A stretch of DNA of 64,000 bases from Eledone cirrhosa. Taxonomy: Eukaryota. The translations under genes were made by a program, and so were the position numbers. Position 1 is the stretch's first letter. Each line of letters opens with the position of its first letter. Under the pieces are notes generated by a model. That model saw only the letters and a list, made by a program, of their open reading frames with translations. It did no database searches and had not been told where the DNA came from. This document shows positions 12,726 to 28,069 of this stretch, in pieces. The stretch is taken from positions 225,308,001-225,372,000 of the forward strand of contig OZ024742.1 of NCBI GenBank assembly GCA_964016885.1, given 5' to 3'.

Positions 12726-14469
12726 ATCACTGTATAACAATTTCAAGTAATTTCTTTTAAACATAATATACACACACTATAGGGTATCCATTCTTCGTTT
12801 AGCATAAACATTTCTCTGTTTTGATTGTTATTCTCTGGAAGGGGAATAACTGGGAAAATCTATTCAAATAAAACGGTTCCTAGTGGTAAAATAATTACGA
12901 ATCACTGCCTTGAATCCTTATAGATTTCATAAACAAACTATTTTTTTTTAAACATGATTTGACAGCTTAAAATACTTATAGCAAGACTAAATGTATGTTT
13001 ATTAAAAATAAATATATTGTATAGTTTTTTATACTTCTTGCTCTGACCGCACCACGAAAATTACTGAACCAGCATTTTCAACCACATAGACCACACTCTT
13101 CCACGCCAAATCATATGACAAATCATAACACCATACGCTCCTCTTCGCCGCTTTGAATATTTCCATAAAGATGTTTATTTTGTGGTAGTGCCGGCTCTGG
13201 TTACGCAGCAAAGATGTTTCCTGATTTCTTTATTGATCGCAGGAAATTATAATTATCTACAAAATTGTATAAAACTTTAAGGTTCAATATTGCGTCTCTC
13301 ATAAGTCTACACCCTGACGGCTGACTTTTTTTTATCTTAATAGTAGCACTGGCTTTATATATTCGCCATTATTCTGAATTACGCTATCAGTGATAACGCT
13401 ATTATAATCTAAGCCGAGTTCTTTCCCTTACACATTAGTCAAGGATCAATGGGAAACAACTTTAAAGTTTAAAGTTGTCTCCCTTTTAAATTTGTTGTAG
13501 TTATTCTAACAGGACTTTATATTTTAGCATTCTGGAGTTGTTTCATACTTTAATACTAGTTTCCGTTTATTAAGCAATGATGTTCTATACTTTAAGTGAG
13601 TCATGTACAGTTTTTCCTTTAAACCTTTCGTCACTATATATTTAATAAAATAAATTGTATTTGACTTAATTTATAAAGAATTTGGAATGGTTTACTAAAA
13701 TTATTAATGATTTCATTTCTAAGATGGTATTTGTAACATAACAAAATATCCTCAAGAAATATACTAAATTAATAAAGAATTTGTAATATTAAAACGATTA
13801 ATTATTTTTATTATTAAGGTGGGATCAGGGTGGTGGGTTAGCAGAGTCGTTCGAGTGTCGAACAAAATGTTTTGTGGCATTTTTTCCGGCTCTTTACGTT
13901 CTTAGTTCAAATCTCGCCCAGTTCAACTTTACCTTTCATCCTTCCAGTGTCGATAAAATAAAGTATCAGTAAAGAAATGGGGTCGATATAATCGACTTTC
14001 CCCTCTCCAAAGATTGCTGGCCTTCTGCCTGGCAGTATCAGTAGAGCATCAGACACCATGCTTTGCAGCATAGAGTTACGGTCCTTTATGTTCTGAGTTC
14101 AAATCCAACCGAGGTTAGTTTTGCCTTTCAACCTTACGGGGTTGATAAAATAAAACACCAGTAATGCACTGGGGTAATTGTTAACCTTGTACCAAAAGTA
14201 GAAACAATTATTAAGTTGGTATTTGTAATGTAACTTAACAGAAGATTTTAATTTAAATAGAAACCCTTTGAAATGGGTCGTTTTGTTTCCCAGAAGTAGT
14301 CGAAGTATAGGGGGGCGGGTTGGTATCAAAAGTATTAATATGTTCTTCGAGGATATCAACAGTGTTAAGTTCTGCCACAGAAACGGGTGGAGGACCAGAT
14401 GGTTGTCAGTTAAATTGGGTAGTAGAGAGAGAGAGAGAAAGAGAGAGAGGGAGAGAGAGAGAGAGAGAG

Positions 14470-14542
<73 letters not shown>

Positions 14543-14858
14543 ATGTGTGTGTGTGTGCGTGCGTGCTTCTAGTGAAGTTCATAGGTTTGGGTAAGTAAAT
14601 GTATATGTATACGCATATGTGCGTGTATCTGTGTATATTTGTGTATATTTGTGTATATAGTGTAGTCCGTAAGTTGGGTTAAGTAAATGTTTTGTATACA
14701 TGTGTGTGTAAGTGTAAGTGAATACACCCCCACCCCCCCACACACACATACACATACACACACACCTCACACAGACAGAGAGGTTGTTGCCTATCCTCCT
14801 CCCATATATGGTTAACAACCAATCTCAATCCAGTAATCAAAAGCAACTGGTCAAATTA

Positions 14859-15983
14859 TTAACCCTTTTGATACTAAACCACGTGAAACCACCCCTGGTT
14901 CTATGTTTTTAAGTGTTTATATGTATCTAAAAACTTTCCATCATAATTCTATGTAAACCACCTTTAAGTTATGTTCTGAAAACCAGTTTAATAATGAGAA
15001 AGTTGGTTACATTAGTAAATCCATCCAAATCCCTTTTCTTTTTTTTTTTTTTTTTTTTTTTTCTTAAATTATAAATCCTTGTATTCATTGAACAAAAGTT
15101 ATTTAATGATGGATATATTTTAAAAAGGGTGAAAACAAAATTAAGTAATGAAAAAAAAAGGAGGAGAAGTAAAGAAGAGCAGATCTGGTCGTATAGGAAA
15201 GTAAAGGAAAGGACTATAAATGAAAGGAAAAGGAGGGAAATAGCAAGTACTATTAGACAACGAAAGAAAGGAAGAGGGAAGTAGAGAGAGTGACACACTC
15301 TACACCTAGGTCGAAGTGGTGTTTCGGCTGCGCCCTGCGACAAAATTGCAAAGGCATTTTCGCGAACAATGGCCAGTGACACACGCTGCAACAGCCACCC
15401 CACCTCGAGGCGCTTTTCCTCAGACGGGCTGCTGTCGTTCCGATTTTACGGAGGAGCTCGGCTATACGGGGTCTGAGGACGCCTGCAATTTCGACGGCGA
15501 CCGGTGCAATGAGGAACCGGCCGAGCAAGCCTCGGTATTTGCGTGTCTTCCTGTTCTCTGTTCTTTGCGGGACGCGGTGCCGAGGTTTGAGGCCGAAGTG
15601 ACTAAGTTGGAGGCAGAGAACGTGTCACAACATGTGACATCTCAGATGAGGGATTTACCTCATTCGAATGGGAAGGGGGTAATTCCGTCAGGACGCTTGC
15701 CGTCTCCGCAGTCGAAGCCTGCCAGCTCCAGTTGTGATGGGAAACCGGCTGCATCCATGCTCCTTCTCATTATGTTGTTGAGAATGGCGTGTCACCGGGA
15801 ACCGTCCTGCGCTCTGGCGGCATGAGATGGGTGAAGCCGAACTCGTCGACGACAGCTCCACAACGGCATTTGTGTGGCTCACACACGCGGAGGCTGAAGC
15901 ATTTGGCCATTCCGATGCGACAAATTTATTTGAAAATCATAGTCAGTGTCTTTCATTCGAAATATAAGTAACGAAAGGGTTAA
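14859..15983. mobile_element. piggyBac-like ~225-bp MITE (TTAA-CCC...GGG-TTAA) split by a LINE insertion
   Basis: TTAACCCTTT at 14859 and AAAGGGTTAA ending at 15983; an uninterrupted relative lies on the minus strand at ~47770-47985. Confidence 0.6.
15034..15920 (-). mobile_element. 5'-truncated CRE-like non-LTR retrotransposon (Zn knuckle + restriction-like endonuclease) with poly(A) tail
   Basis: Reads, with frameshifts, CEPHKCRCG...H..S...GRFP.RH...GDGKRPDGITP...WD-equivalent...PVAVEIAG...LQRVSLAIVRENA; T-run at 15034-15062. Confidence 0.75.
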
Positions 15984-16247
15984 AGGGTTTATATCTATCT
16001 AAAAACCTTCCATTATAATTTAATGTAAAAAAGGGCGGTGGATTGGCAGTATCGGTAGAGGGTCGGGCGCCATGCTTTGAAGCATAGAGTTACCTCCCTT
16101 TATTATCTGAGTTCAAATCCCGCCGAGGTTAACTTTGCCTTTCATCCTTACGGGGTCGATAAAATAAAGTACCAGTAATGCACTGGGATAATTACTGGTC
16201 TGGTGCCAAAAGTAGAAACAATTATGTTCTAGTTAATGTAAGAACCT

Positions 16248-16326
16248 TTGTTAAACTACCCTATTTGTTAAACTACCCTATTTGTTAAACTACCCTATTT
16301 GTTAAACTACCCTATTTGTTAAACTA
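16248..16326. repeat. 17-bp tandem repeat (TTGTTAAACTACCCTAT) x ~4.5
   Basis: Directly visible. Confidence 0.9.
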
Positions 16327-17379
16327 TTCCTATTTTCAAAATGTTTTGAAAACCATAAGCCATATTTTTCATTTAAAATGTGGTAACGAAAAGATTAAAG
16401 CGTTTATATTTATCTAAAAACGCAATGAGAAAGTTAGTTATATTATTTTCAAATTCTTGATTATTTTCAAAATAAGGCAGTGTCTTTTATTGGGAATATG
16501 GTAGTGAAAGGGTTAGAGTGTTTATATTTATCAGAAAAATTTATGAGAAAATTAGTTATATTACTAAATCCTTTCAAATTCTTGATTATTTTCAAAATTA
16601 TTTGGAAATTTGAAATTTCGTCAGAAATATGATAACGAAAGGGCTATAGTGGTTATTTGAACATATTAGGCAGTGTCTTTTATTAGAAATATGGTAAGGA
16701 GAGGATCAAGGTCAATCTCCAAGCTGTTAAGACCACAGATGCTCGTCTGTAATATAAACAGACGTTTCTCTCACATCAACATTAACATCTCATATTAAGA
16801 ATAAACACGTGGAGAACGTTAAAGACATATATGTCAGTGAGTGTAGAATGCTCATTTCCTCTTACTTCTGACCTCATTTCAGAGGCATAACTACAGCTTA
16901 GTGCCCCTTCAACTCCAATTTATTTCCTTATAATTTTCTTAATAATTTCGTAGTTCTACGTTTGGGGGTGGGGGCATAGATGACTTGATCTGAGGCCAGA
17001 CGTTGTGTTGAAACTATAGCAATTACATTGTGGAAATTCATTTTAGCCATTTAAAAACACACAAACCTGACTAAAATTACTTGAAAAAAAAGGTATGGGG
17101 GTCAATATGATCGACCAAACCCCTTTAAGGCAGTGCCCCAGCATGACCGCGAGCTTATGAAAAAAAGAAAAAGAGTAAAAGAGCAAACATATCCGTGCTA
17201 TTTGTTAGGTACGGGCAAAAGGGCTAATAGCAAAAATAAATTTTTGGTCTTTTGTCAGTTTTGACGATGAACATTCAATTGTTTGATCAACTTTCCATTT
17301 CTGGTCTGTCCAACAGCTGACTTTCAAATTAAACCACATTCACTGTAAATGTGCCGTGGAGTGGGGGAAGTAGAACCAT

Positions 17380-17640
17380 TTCACATGTGGCTTGATTTCT
17401 CCCTGGCTCGTGTGATTTTAGATGGTTGACAAATCCAGCTCTTGATAGAAGAAAACGGCCACATACATCGCACCTCAATTCCTGTTGGACTTGAGTCCCA
17501 TTTACGAAGTGAACGCTTCAAAACAGCATGTTCCACTCGCTTTTTCTCAAAGGTATCACATCCATACTTGATGGTTATTCCCCAATCTTCAGCCAGTCTC
17601 TCTTAGTTCTCCATATCAATCTTCATAGCTTGAACGATAC
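17380..17640 (-). pseudogene. LINE (RTE-type) C-terminal fragment with C2H2 zinc finger
   Basis: Minus-strand translation ...LRCDVCGRFLLSRAGFVNHLKSH. Confidence 0.6.
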
Positions 17641-18340
17641 CTCCATGCAAAACAGAAATACGTAACCTCCACCAAGAACATACTGCACAAAAGAGGAAGG
17701 TCAACAGTTCACAATAAATGTAAGCTGTGCAAAACAAAGACCGAAAATGTTAGTCAGTTTATTGCCAATTGCGAAAGAATGTTTTCTGGTTACTACTTTC
17801 ACATGGGACATGTGGTGATAAATGGAACAATTTGGAATGTTTTACGGAAGACAAATATAAGTACAAATACGGATGAATATATTGAGACTGGTGGCTCAAA
17901 GGAACCTAAAAATAGAAACCGGTGAAACCTAAAAATAAAAATCCGCCGCCAAATTAAAACACAAGCGACCTGATACTATCGTTTGAGACCACAGATTGAA
18001 ACATGCTCTGTTTTAGAAGTCACCTGCCACTTCGATTTAATATAGTAAGAAAGATACAAGAGAAAGAGGATATCTACAAGACATTGATGAGGTGTTTGCT
18101 TATAAACGTTCAGCTTCATACCTATCATTATTCGAGCTACTGGATATATATAACAGCTTGCTTGAACCACAGTATCACTGAACTTAGATTCTTGCCGAAA
18201 GAAAAGCATTCGAAATGTCCGCGATATCTGGAACCTTAAAATCTATAAAACATTTTTACGATTCATAAGGTAAACGATTGCACAAAGGATGATAAAAATT
18301 TCCTTTCCTTTAAAACTTTGCCGGCTGAGAAGGTAAACGG
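17640..18340 (+). pseudogene. Decayed R4/Dong-like LINE fragment (Zn knuckle + RLE)
   Basis: KCKLCKTKTENV...C and KHKRPDTIV...VLEVTC...EKEDIYK motifs across frameshifts. Confidence 0.55.
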
Positions 18341-19036
18341 TAAAAAATAAACTGGAAATTAAGAAAAAGGACCAACAATACATACATACATACATACATA
18401 CATACATACATACATACATACATACATACATACATACATACATACATGATGGCTGAAAACTCTGCTAAGCAATCGTTTGTCAGATTATAAAGTTTGGTGC
18501 ACTTTTAGGCCAGCCACACAAAACTGTAACATCCTGAACAACCATTGCCTGTGCTTTGAAGGTTTTTTAAGTGGGGAAAGGCCTTGCACTCGACCAATCC
18601 CACTCTCTGAGCATCGAAAACACTACCCGAAAAGTAAAACTGGTCAACATCATCGGATGCTTCCGAAGTCGCAGGCTTTTTTTTTTTTTTTTTTTCAGTT
18701 TCCCTCTCCTAGAAAGGTGTTGTGACAACAACTGGGGCCTTTCACTCCCAGGTAAAAAAAAAAAAATTCTAAATGCTATTTGGATGGCCGTTAACTCTGC
18801 TGATTTCCTCCTCCCTTTGCCGGGTCTTGTATTTCATCCAGCAGGGTGTCCAAATATTACCCTCCTCACCAAGCTACCTTGTAGGAGTTGCCGGTTTAGT
18901 CGCCGACGACCCAACCATGAGACAGGTTGTACTCGGTTACATATTACCAGTAGCACTCGAGAGCGACCTGACATACATACATACACACATATATATATAC
19001 AGGAAGGACAAACAGGTTCCTATAACCATACACATC

Positions 19037-19076
19037 CCGAGCTGAAGATCTGCAAAGGTGAAACAATTGTTCTCGG
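19037..19076 (+). ncRNA. Very compact type I hammerhead ribozyme (40 nt)
   Basis: CCGAG-CTGAAGA-tCT(GCAA)AGgt-GAAA-CAATTG-TT^CTCGG; perfect 5-bp stem I and palindromic helix III. Confidence 0.85.
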
Positions 19077-19170
19077 TATGGTGAACTAACTGTTGTGTAA
19101 CCACTTCTACCTAACTCGTCCCTTGGACTGAGTGCTCTACCACTACAGATATTACCTTCCAGTGTTCCAC

Positions 19171-19259
<89 letters not shown>

Positions 19260-20024
19260 TACGTTGGCACGTCAGTGTGTATTTAGGGGTCTTTATTGGA
19301 AGCCCATATGTTGGTTATCACGTAATATTATAATATTATGGCTGAAGTACCAAGATAGTACAACAGTATCTACAATTGGAAAGTTCAATGTGTATTATGT
19401 AACAATTTATGATTGCGCAATATCTTACCTAATTACCTTCTTTTACTAGCATAGTTAACTATATGAGAAGCCTCGACGCGCCCCGTTTCTCGTACTAAGT
19501 GGAGTCTCTTGGCCTGTTTCTTGCCCTAACTGGAGTCAGTTGGCTCGATCCTTGTTCAAAGTGGAGCCTATCGCTTCTTGATCCAATTAGAACATGTGAG
19601 CTACAACTGCAGTAAAGATAACTGCCCGGACTAGATAACTATTTTCCCGTTTGATGAGGGGGAGAGGGCTAAGTGACATGTTGTGCAATTCTACCAAATT
19701 CCATTCACAAGGAATTGGTCAACCTGAAGCTATAGTAGAAGCTACAACAAAATGTTAAATCATGCGATTCCGTCTTGAAATACTTCACAATAAATCTCAT
19801 ATAAAAGTAGCGGGCGTTTTCGTTCTTCCATACTCCTGGTAATGTGATCGGTGAAATCACTTTCCCCACGGATAAAACACATTCGCTTTCCAACAGATGT
19901 ACACCTTGGTTACCCATCGCAATTATCTACAACCAATACCCATCATCATCATCATTCACTTTTCTACTACATTAAGAACTTCAACTCACAACCACACACT
20001 CAAACGTGCCGTTACACATATATA

Positions 20025-21180
20025 TACAGGGTGGGGCGTAAGTTCGGAAGCAATTTTTTGAAATGTAATTTCTAAAAATGTTGTAAGTATATCATCAATC
20101 TTCTTTTATTATCAGGTTAAACCATTAATCTATGTAAACATATTAGACTTTGTTTGAATTTCCTAAAGAATTTTAAAATGTCATCCAATACGCAATAGCT
20201 ACTCAAATTTCATCGCGCAGAGAGGTCAGATTCGAATATTGCAAAGTTACTTTCGGTTGCTAAATCTACTGTTTGGGAAGTTGGGAAGCGTTTTAAAGAG
20301 CAAGGAGATTTGTCTGATAGACCCAGAACTGGAAGACAGTGAACTAAATTGACTCCTACTCTCGTTAAAGCCTTTCGCGAAAAGATAAAAATAAATCCGA
20401 AAAGCTCCATGAGAAAAATGGCAAAGAAATCCGACGAAACCCGAGGACAATGAGAAGGATCATAAATGATGACTTGCGAACGTCTTCCTTCACCCTTCAG
20501 AAAAGACAAACCCTTTCTGAAAAGACAAAACAAAAAAGGCTAGAGAGAAGCAAAAATTTGCTTAATGACGTGGGAAATTGTGTGGTCAGATGAAAAGATT
20601 CTCACTGTTGAGCAGACACACAACCAAAGAAATGATCAAGTCATTGGGGAAAAAAGCATTAGTGTTGACTAAAAATCTTTATTCCATACAATGAAACCAG
20701 CTTCTGTTTTGGTCGGGGGGGGGGGGGGCTGTTTCATCATCTTGGCGGTCTCCTCTCATTTTTGTGGAAGAAAGGACAAAAACCAGCTCCCAATCTTACA
20801 TAAACAATATTCTGGAACTTATGCTTGCTTCTACAACTAATCATTTTTGCAATGATTATCTGTGGATCTTCCAACTGGATGGAACTACCTCCCATAAAGC
20901 AAATATCACACAAGCTTGGTGCAGAGACCATCCTCCGAGGTTCTGGTCAAAAGAAATGTGGCCCCCTTGTTCGCCTGATTTGAACCCTATGCACTTTTCA
21001 GTATGGTCTATCCTTGTAAAAAAAATCCTGTTCAAAAGTCCATAAGACAGTCGATGATTTAAAGGCATCTTTATTAAGTGCTTTGAAAGCAATTCTCCAA
21101 GAAATGTTACGTGCTTCAGTGAAAGATGTTCAGCGGAGGTTCGAGGCTGTTATTGCTGCACGAGGGTTTCGTTGAATGAA
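20025..21180 (+). mobile_element. Tc1/mariner DD37D (maT-like) transposon, decayed
   Basis: Starts TA-CAGGGTG. Has WSDEK, FQLDG and WPPCSPDLNPM(H)F, with 37 residues between the second D and the last (mutated) D position. Confidence 0.8.
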
Positions 21181-21352
21181 CTGTATATATGTGTGGATAT
21201 ATATATATATGGGGGGGGGGGTGCATGTGGGTGTGTGTTGAACAATGAATAGAAAAGGCGAAGTTTCGTGCTTAATCAATTCATTGTTTTACGATCCTTT
21301 CAGAAGGTTGATTGGTCATGATAAATCGATATAGTAACTAATCGGTTGTTCA

Positions 21353-21420
<68 letters not shown>

Positions 21421-21425
21421 ATTAT

Positions 21426-21471
<46 letters not shown>

Positions 21472-21554
21472 ATAATAATAACTTTGAAGACTAAAATCCA
21501 AAGAGGGCTCGATAACTTTAATCTGTTATTTTAATAAATATATATATATAGTAT

Positions 21555-23135
21555 ATATATAAGAACAAAAGATGGTTAAAAGAGTTCCATGTATTTTATT
21601 ATGCGCATTTCAAAAACAAATATCATCATGCAATAATATTTGTGTTTTCATCGGATAAAACAGGAGGACATGATATGAAGTTTACAAAACACTTGTGGAT
21701 AGTTCAGTTTTAAATCAACATATGAGAAGTAGTTTTAGATTGATGTGTGATATTGGGAAAAATATTTTATTTAGAGGGGGGGGTGAAAAAAAAAGGAGAT
21801 GAGAGTGAAGGTGGAGAGGGAGGAGTATAATGAGGAAGGATGAGATAGGAGGAGAGATGGGTGATAGAGAGAGAGAGATAGTTTTTATAACTGAGAAAGA
21901 TATATTGTTTTACATAGAGAGGTTGAAAACCGTTGGAAGATAATGTATAAATTAAAAGAATTTGAAAATTAACGAAGGGAAAAATATGTGCGAAGAAGGA
22001 GAGGGAGTTAATATGTATTGAGAATAATGAGTTTGATGATAGAGAGAAGAGAATAATGAATTGCGGATGAATATTCTAACGTCAAAAAAAATGTATATGT
22101 TTACGAAGGATTTTTATAAGGTGATATAGAGTAAGAATGTGTTGTATTATGTAATAATTGATTCTATGTTAGACAAGAGTGAGAAAAGGTACAGATTAGG
22201 GGTTAGATATTAGAAGAGAGGAAAAGGAAGTGATAAATATGGGTGGTGTAGAAAGAGTCAACAAGTATTATGGAAATTTGAAAATTAACGAAGAGAAAAA
22301 AAAAAATGTAAAGTTAAGGTTTGTATATTGAAGGATTTGATAATATGTGCGAAGAAAAAGAAAATGTTAATATGTATTGAGAATGAGTTAGATGATAGGG
22401 AGAAAAAATAATGAATTAAGGATGAATAATCTAGCGTCAAAACAAATGTATATGTTTACGAAGGATTTTACAAGGTGATATAGAGTAAGGGTAATGAGTA
22501 AACAAGTATTATAGAATGTATAATACCCTTTGAAATAAGGTAGGAAGATGGGTATATTTTTAAAAGAGGTGTATGTATATGTGCCTTTGAGAAAAAGATT
22601 CTAAATTGATAAAGAATTGAATATTAGCTGTATACTTTGTGAAATGTTTTATGGAATCTATGCAAGCAGATAGAAAACAAGTCAGTGCGTCTATTTATTA
22701 TAGAATCTAGATTAGAGATAATGGTAAATTTTTCATTTAGGCAGAGATTGCAGATTTTAGATAGAGAACTGTTCAAGTATAAAGACGCAGAAGAAACCTT
22801 CTTCCAAAAGATGGTATATTTAATGTTTTTGTCTTTCAAGGACCATATGAGTTCTGAGAGAGCCGTGTTGGTTCTTTTAAGTTTGTATTTAAAAGACGAA
22901 TGATGGTTATAAAGACGAGCTTTAAAAGAGGTGGAAGTGGAGCCAAAATAGGTGAAGGAATTGGTGTCAGTTATAACTTTACATTCATAAATTAAGTTTT
23001 TATCAAGACAATGGTTGTTGAGAGGACATTTATTTTTAATAGGGCAATTGCAATTGCAATTAGAGATTATTAATGAGTGACCTAGTGTTATCTATAGAAG
23101 GAACTGGATTGGAGAAGTTGTTTGCGATAGGAATA
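21555..23135 (-). mobile_element. 5'-truncated PLE: GIY-YIG remnant (22624-23060) plus ~1-kb 3' UTR ending in a hammerhead with a mutated core (21594-21660, CCGATGA)
   Basis: NCNCNCPIKNKCPLNNHCLDKNLIYECKV...YFGSTSTSFKARLYNH...CNLCLNEK; UTR homologous to 4070-5060. Confidence 0.85.
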
Positions 23136-23193
23136 ATAGACTTTTCCGACGGAATTACTTCACACACACACACACACACATACACACACACAC

Positions 23194-23300
<107 letters not shown>

Positions 23301-23329
23301 GTAATTCTGTCGGAAAAGTCCAAGAAAAA

Positions 23330-25481
<2,152 letters not shown>

Positions 25482-25689
25482 GTGAAGTTCTTTTTTTTAC
25501 AAAATGAAAAATAACCGAGGTGTCCTACACGAGTGAAAGTATAAAGAAAAAAAGATGAAATCGAAATACAACTGGAGTCTTATTTTTAAAAATATATATA
25601 TATTTATTTGCTTCCTTTACCGGTTTCGCAGTTCTTCTGCTTTTCAAAAGTAGAGTTGAGATGGAGGGTCTGTGGTTTTTCTCACATCT

Positions 25690-25742
<53 letters not shown>

Positions 25743-25995
25743 GGTTTACAAGGATGCAATTCAATTCAAATACTCGACGTCATATTACTTCTTCCGGAAA
25801 ACCAAAGCAAAAGCACAAATTGTTCGTAGCCCACTCCCTTCCACCCATATTTGCCTCGGAAACGTTACCTTTTTACTCAATTTTGCTGTCTGATGAAATC
25901 ACGATTTTGATCGTTATTGAAATATGTGTAACGACTCTATTAATAAAGGACTCATTAACATCTACAACTTCGCATTTTCCTCATTATATATATAT

Positions 25996-26703
25996 ATAAG
26001 TTCCCTGTGTCCACGCATCGCCTGGGAACTTAGCTGAGAATAGACTTCCCGATGACGAAAGGCTTTCTCCATGCGTTCCATTCGGAAACCATGTTTATTC
26101 CCTTTCAGAAACTAATTAGTTGGAGAGAAATTTTAGTAAGTAAGTTAATTTTTATAATTTTCTTATTTTACGTCTTTCATATAATTGTTCTGCATCCCCT
26201 TGCATTGAACCACAAAGTTACTAAGACAAAACCTATATATTTGCTAGCATAGGTATGCATCTGTATATATATGTTGGTAGATATACTAATTCTTTATAAT
26301 TATCTCCAAATTATTTTGTTGAGCAAAAATTTGCCAAAACTGCTACTATAGTTCATAGTAATAGTTCGGCTACTGTCTTCTTAACGCCCCACTCCTCACT
26401 GATTAACCTCGATGTCACGTGATTGATTCTTTTGAATTTGCTACCGACCAAGTAGGCAGAGATTTTTTCAATGTCTTGGAATTTAGTCCACGCTTGCTTT
26501 TTTCCATCCAAGCAATTATTTTTGTATAAGTTCCCTGTGTCCACGCATTGCCTGGGAACTTAGCTGAGAATAGACTTCCTGATGACGAAAGGCTTTCTCC
26601 TGCGTTCCATTCGGAAACCATGTTTATTCCCTTTCAGAAACTAATTAGTTGGAGTGAAATTTTAGTAAGTAAGTTAATTTTTATAATTTTCTTATTTTAC
26701 GTC

Positions 26704-26712
<9 letters not shown>
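25996..26712 (+). repeat. Partial tandem duplication (period ~530 bp) with hammerhead-like cores
   Basis: 25996-26180 is repeated at 26526-26712. Core CTGATGA-CGAA...TTCG-GAAAC at 26579-26618; the first copy has CCGATGA. Confidence 0.75.
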
Positions 26713-26734
<22 letters not shown>

Positions 26735-26780
26735 GTATTAATAAATGTGAAGACTAAAATCCGAAGAGGGCTCGATAAGG

Positions 26781-26907
<127 letters not shown>

Positions 26908-27950
26908 TGTTTCATCATATATATTAGTTTATACACGGCTCAGAAATATTTCCTTCTTCGAGCTAATTCCATTGTAAAAGAATTCATTACACTTAATAAT
27001 ATAACTGCTCCTAGGCTGAGCTGAACGTTGCCTCGTATATACGACTGTTATTTCTAGCAGTACGGTTATGAGACTAGCTAGAAACTTTAAACCATGTGCG
27101 TTACACAGTCTTTTAAATTATTTAGAAGTGAAGCATATCAATTTGTCCCTGGATGTTTACTGAGGAGAGCAGGACATGATATTCCTACACTTATTCATCT
27201 CGAAACATATTTGGATTTTAAAGTTTAAACTTATCTACGGAACAGGTTTGATTTTGAAGTTTAAATGTGTCTAAACATCATAGCCATTTGGCAATGCAGT
27301 TCGTCTTTGTTGATTTATTATTTTAAATCGATATGGACAAACTGTAGTATAATAATTAGTATACTTCATTCTGGCTAAATTTTCTTTTGCAATAAAAATA
27401 CAGATGTGGTGGTATCTGTGTTTCATCATATATATTAGTTTATACACGGCTCAGAAATATTTCCTTCTTCGAGCTAATTCCATTGTAAAAGAATTCATTA
27501 CACTTAATAATATAACTGCTCCTAGGCTGAACTGAACGTTGCCTCATATATACGACTGTTATTTCTAGCAGTACGGTTATGAGACTAGCTAGAAACTTTA
27601 AACCATGTGCGTTACACAGTCTTTTAAATTATTTAGAAGTGAAGCATATCAATTTGTCCCTGGATGTTTACTGAGGAGAGCAGGACATGATATTCCTACA
27701 CTTATTCATCTCGAAACATATTTGGATTTTAAAGTTTAAACTTATCTACGGAACAGGTTTGATTTTGAAGTTTAAATGTGTCTAAACATCATAGCCATTT
27801 GGCAATGCAGTTCGTCTTTGTTGATTTATTATTTTAAATCGATATGGACAAACTGTAGTATAATAATTAGTATACTTCATTCTGGCTAAATTTTCTTTTG
27901 CAATATAAATACAGATGTGTTGGTATCTGTGTTTCATCATATATATTTGT
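26908..27950 (+). repeat. Near-identical tandem repeat, 511-bp unit x 2, each unit with a hammerhead-like core
   Basis: CTGAGGA-GAG...CTC-GAAAC at 27160 and 27671. A diverged minus-strand fragment lies at ~2075-2230. Confidence 0.8.
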
Positions 27951-27951
27951 T

Positions 27952-27984
<33 letters not shown>

Positions 27985-27985
27985 A

Positions 27986-28062
<77 letters not shown>

Positions 28063-28069
<7 letters not shown>

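Noticed and set aside
13029-13225. 60-aa ORF in apparently unique sequence
   Set aside because: No recognisable motif and weak splice signals.
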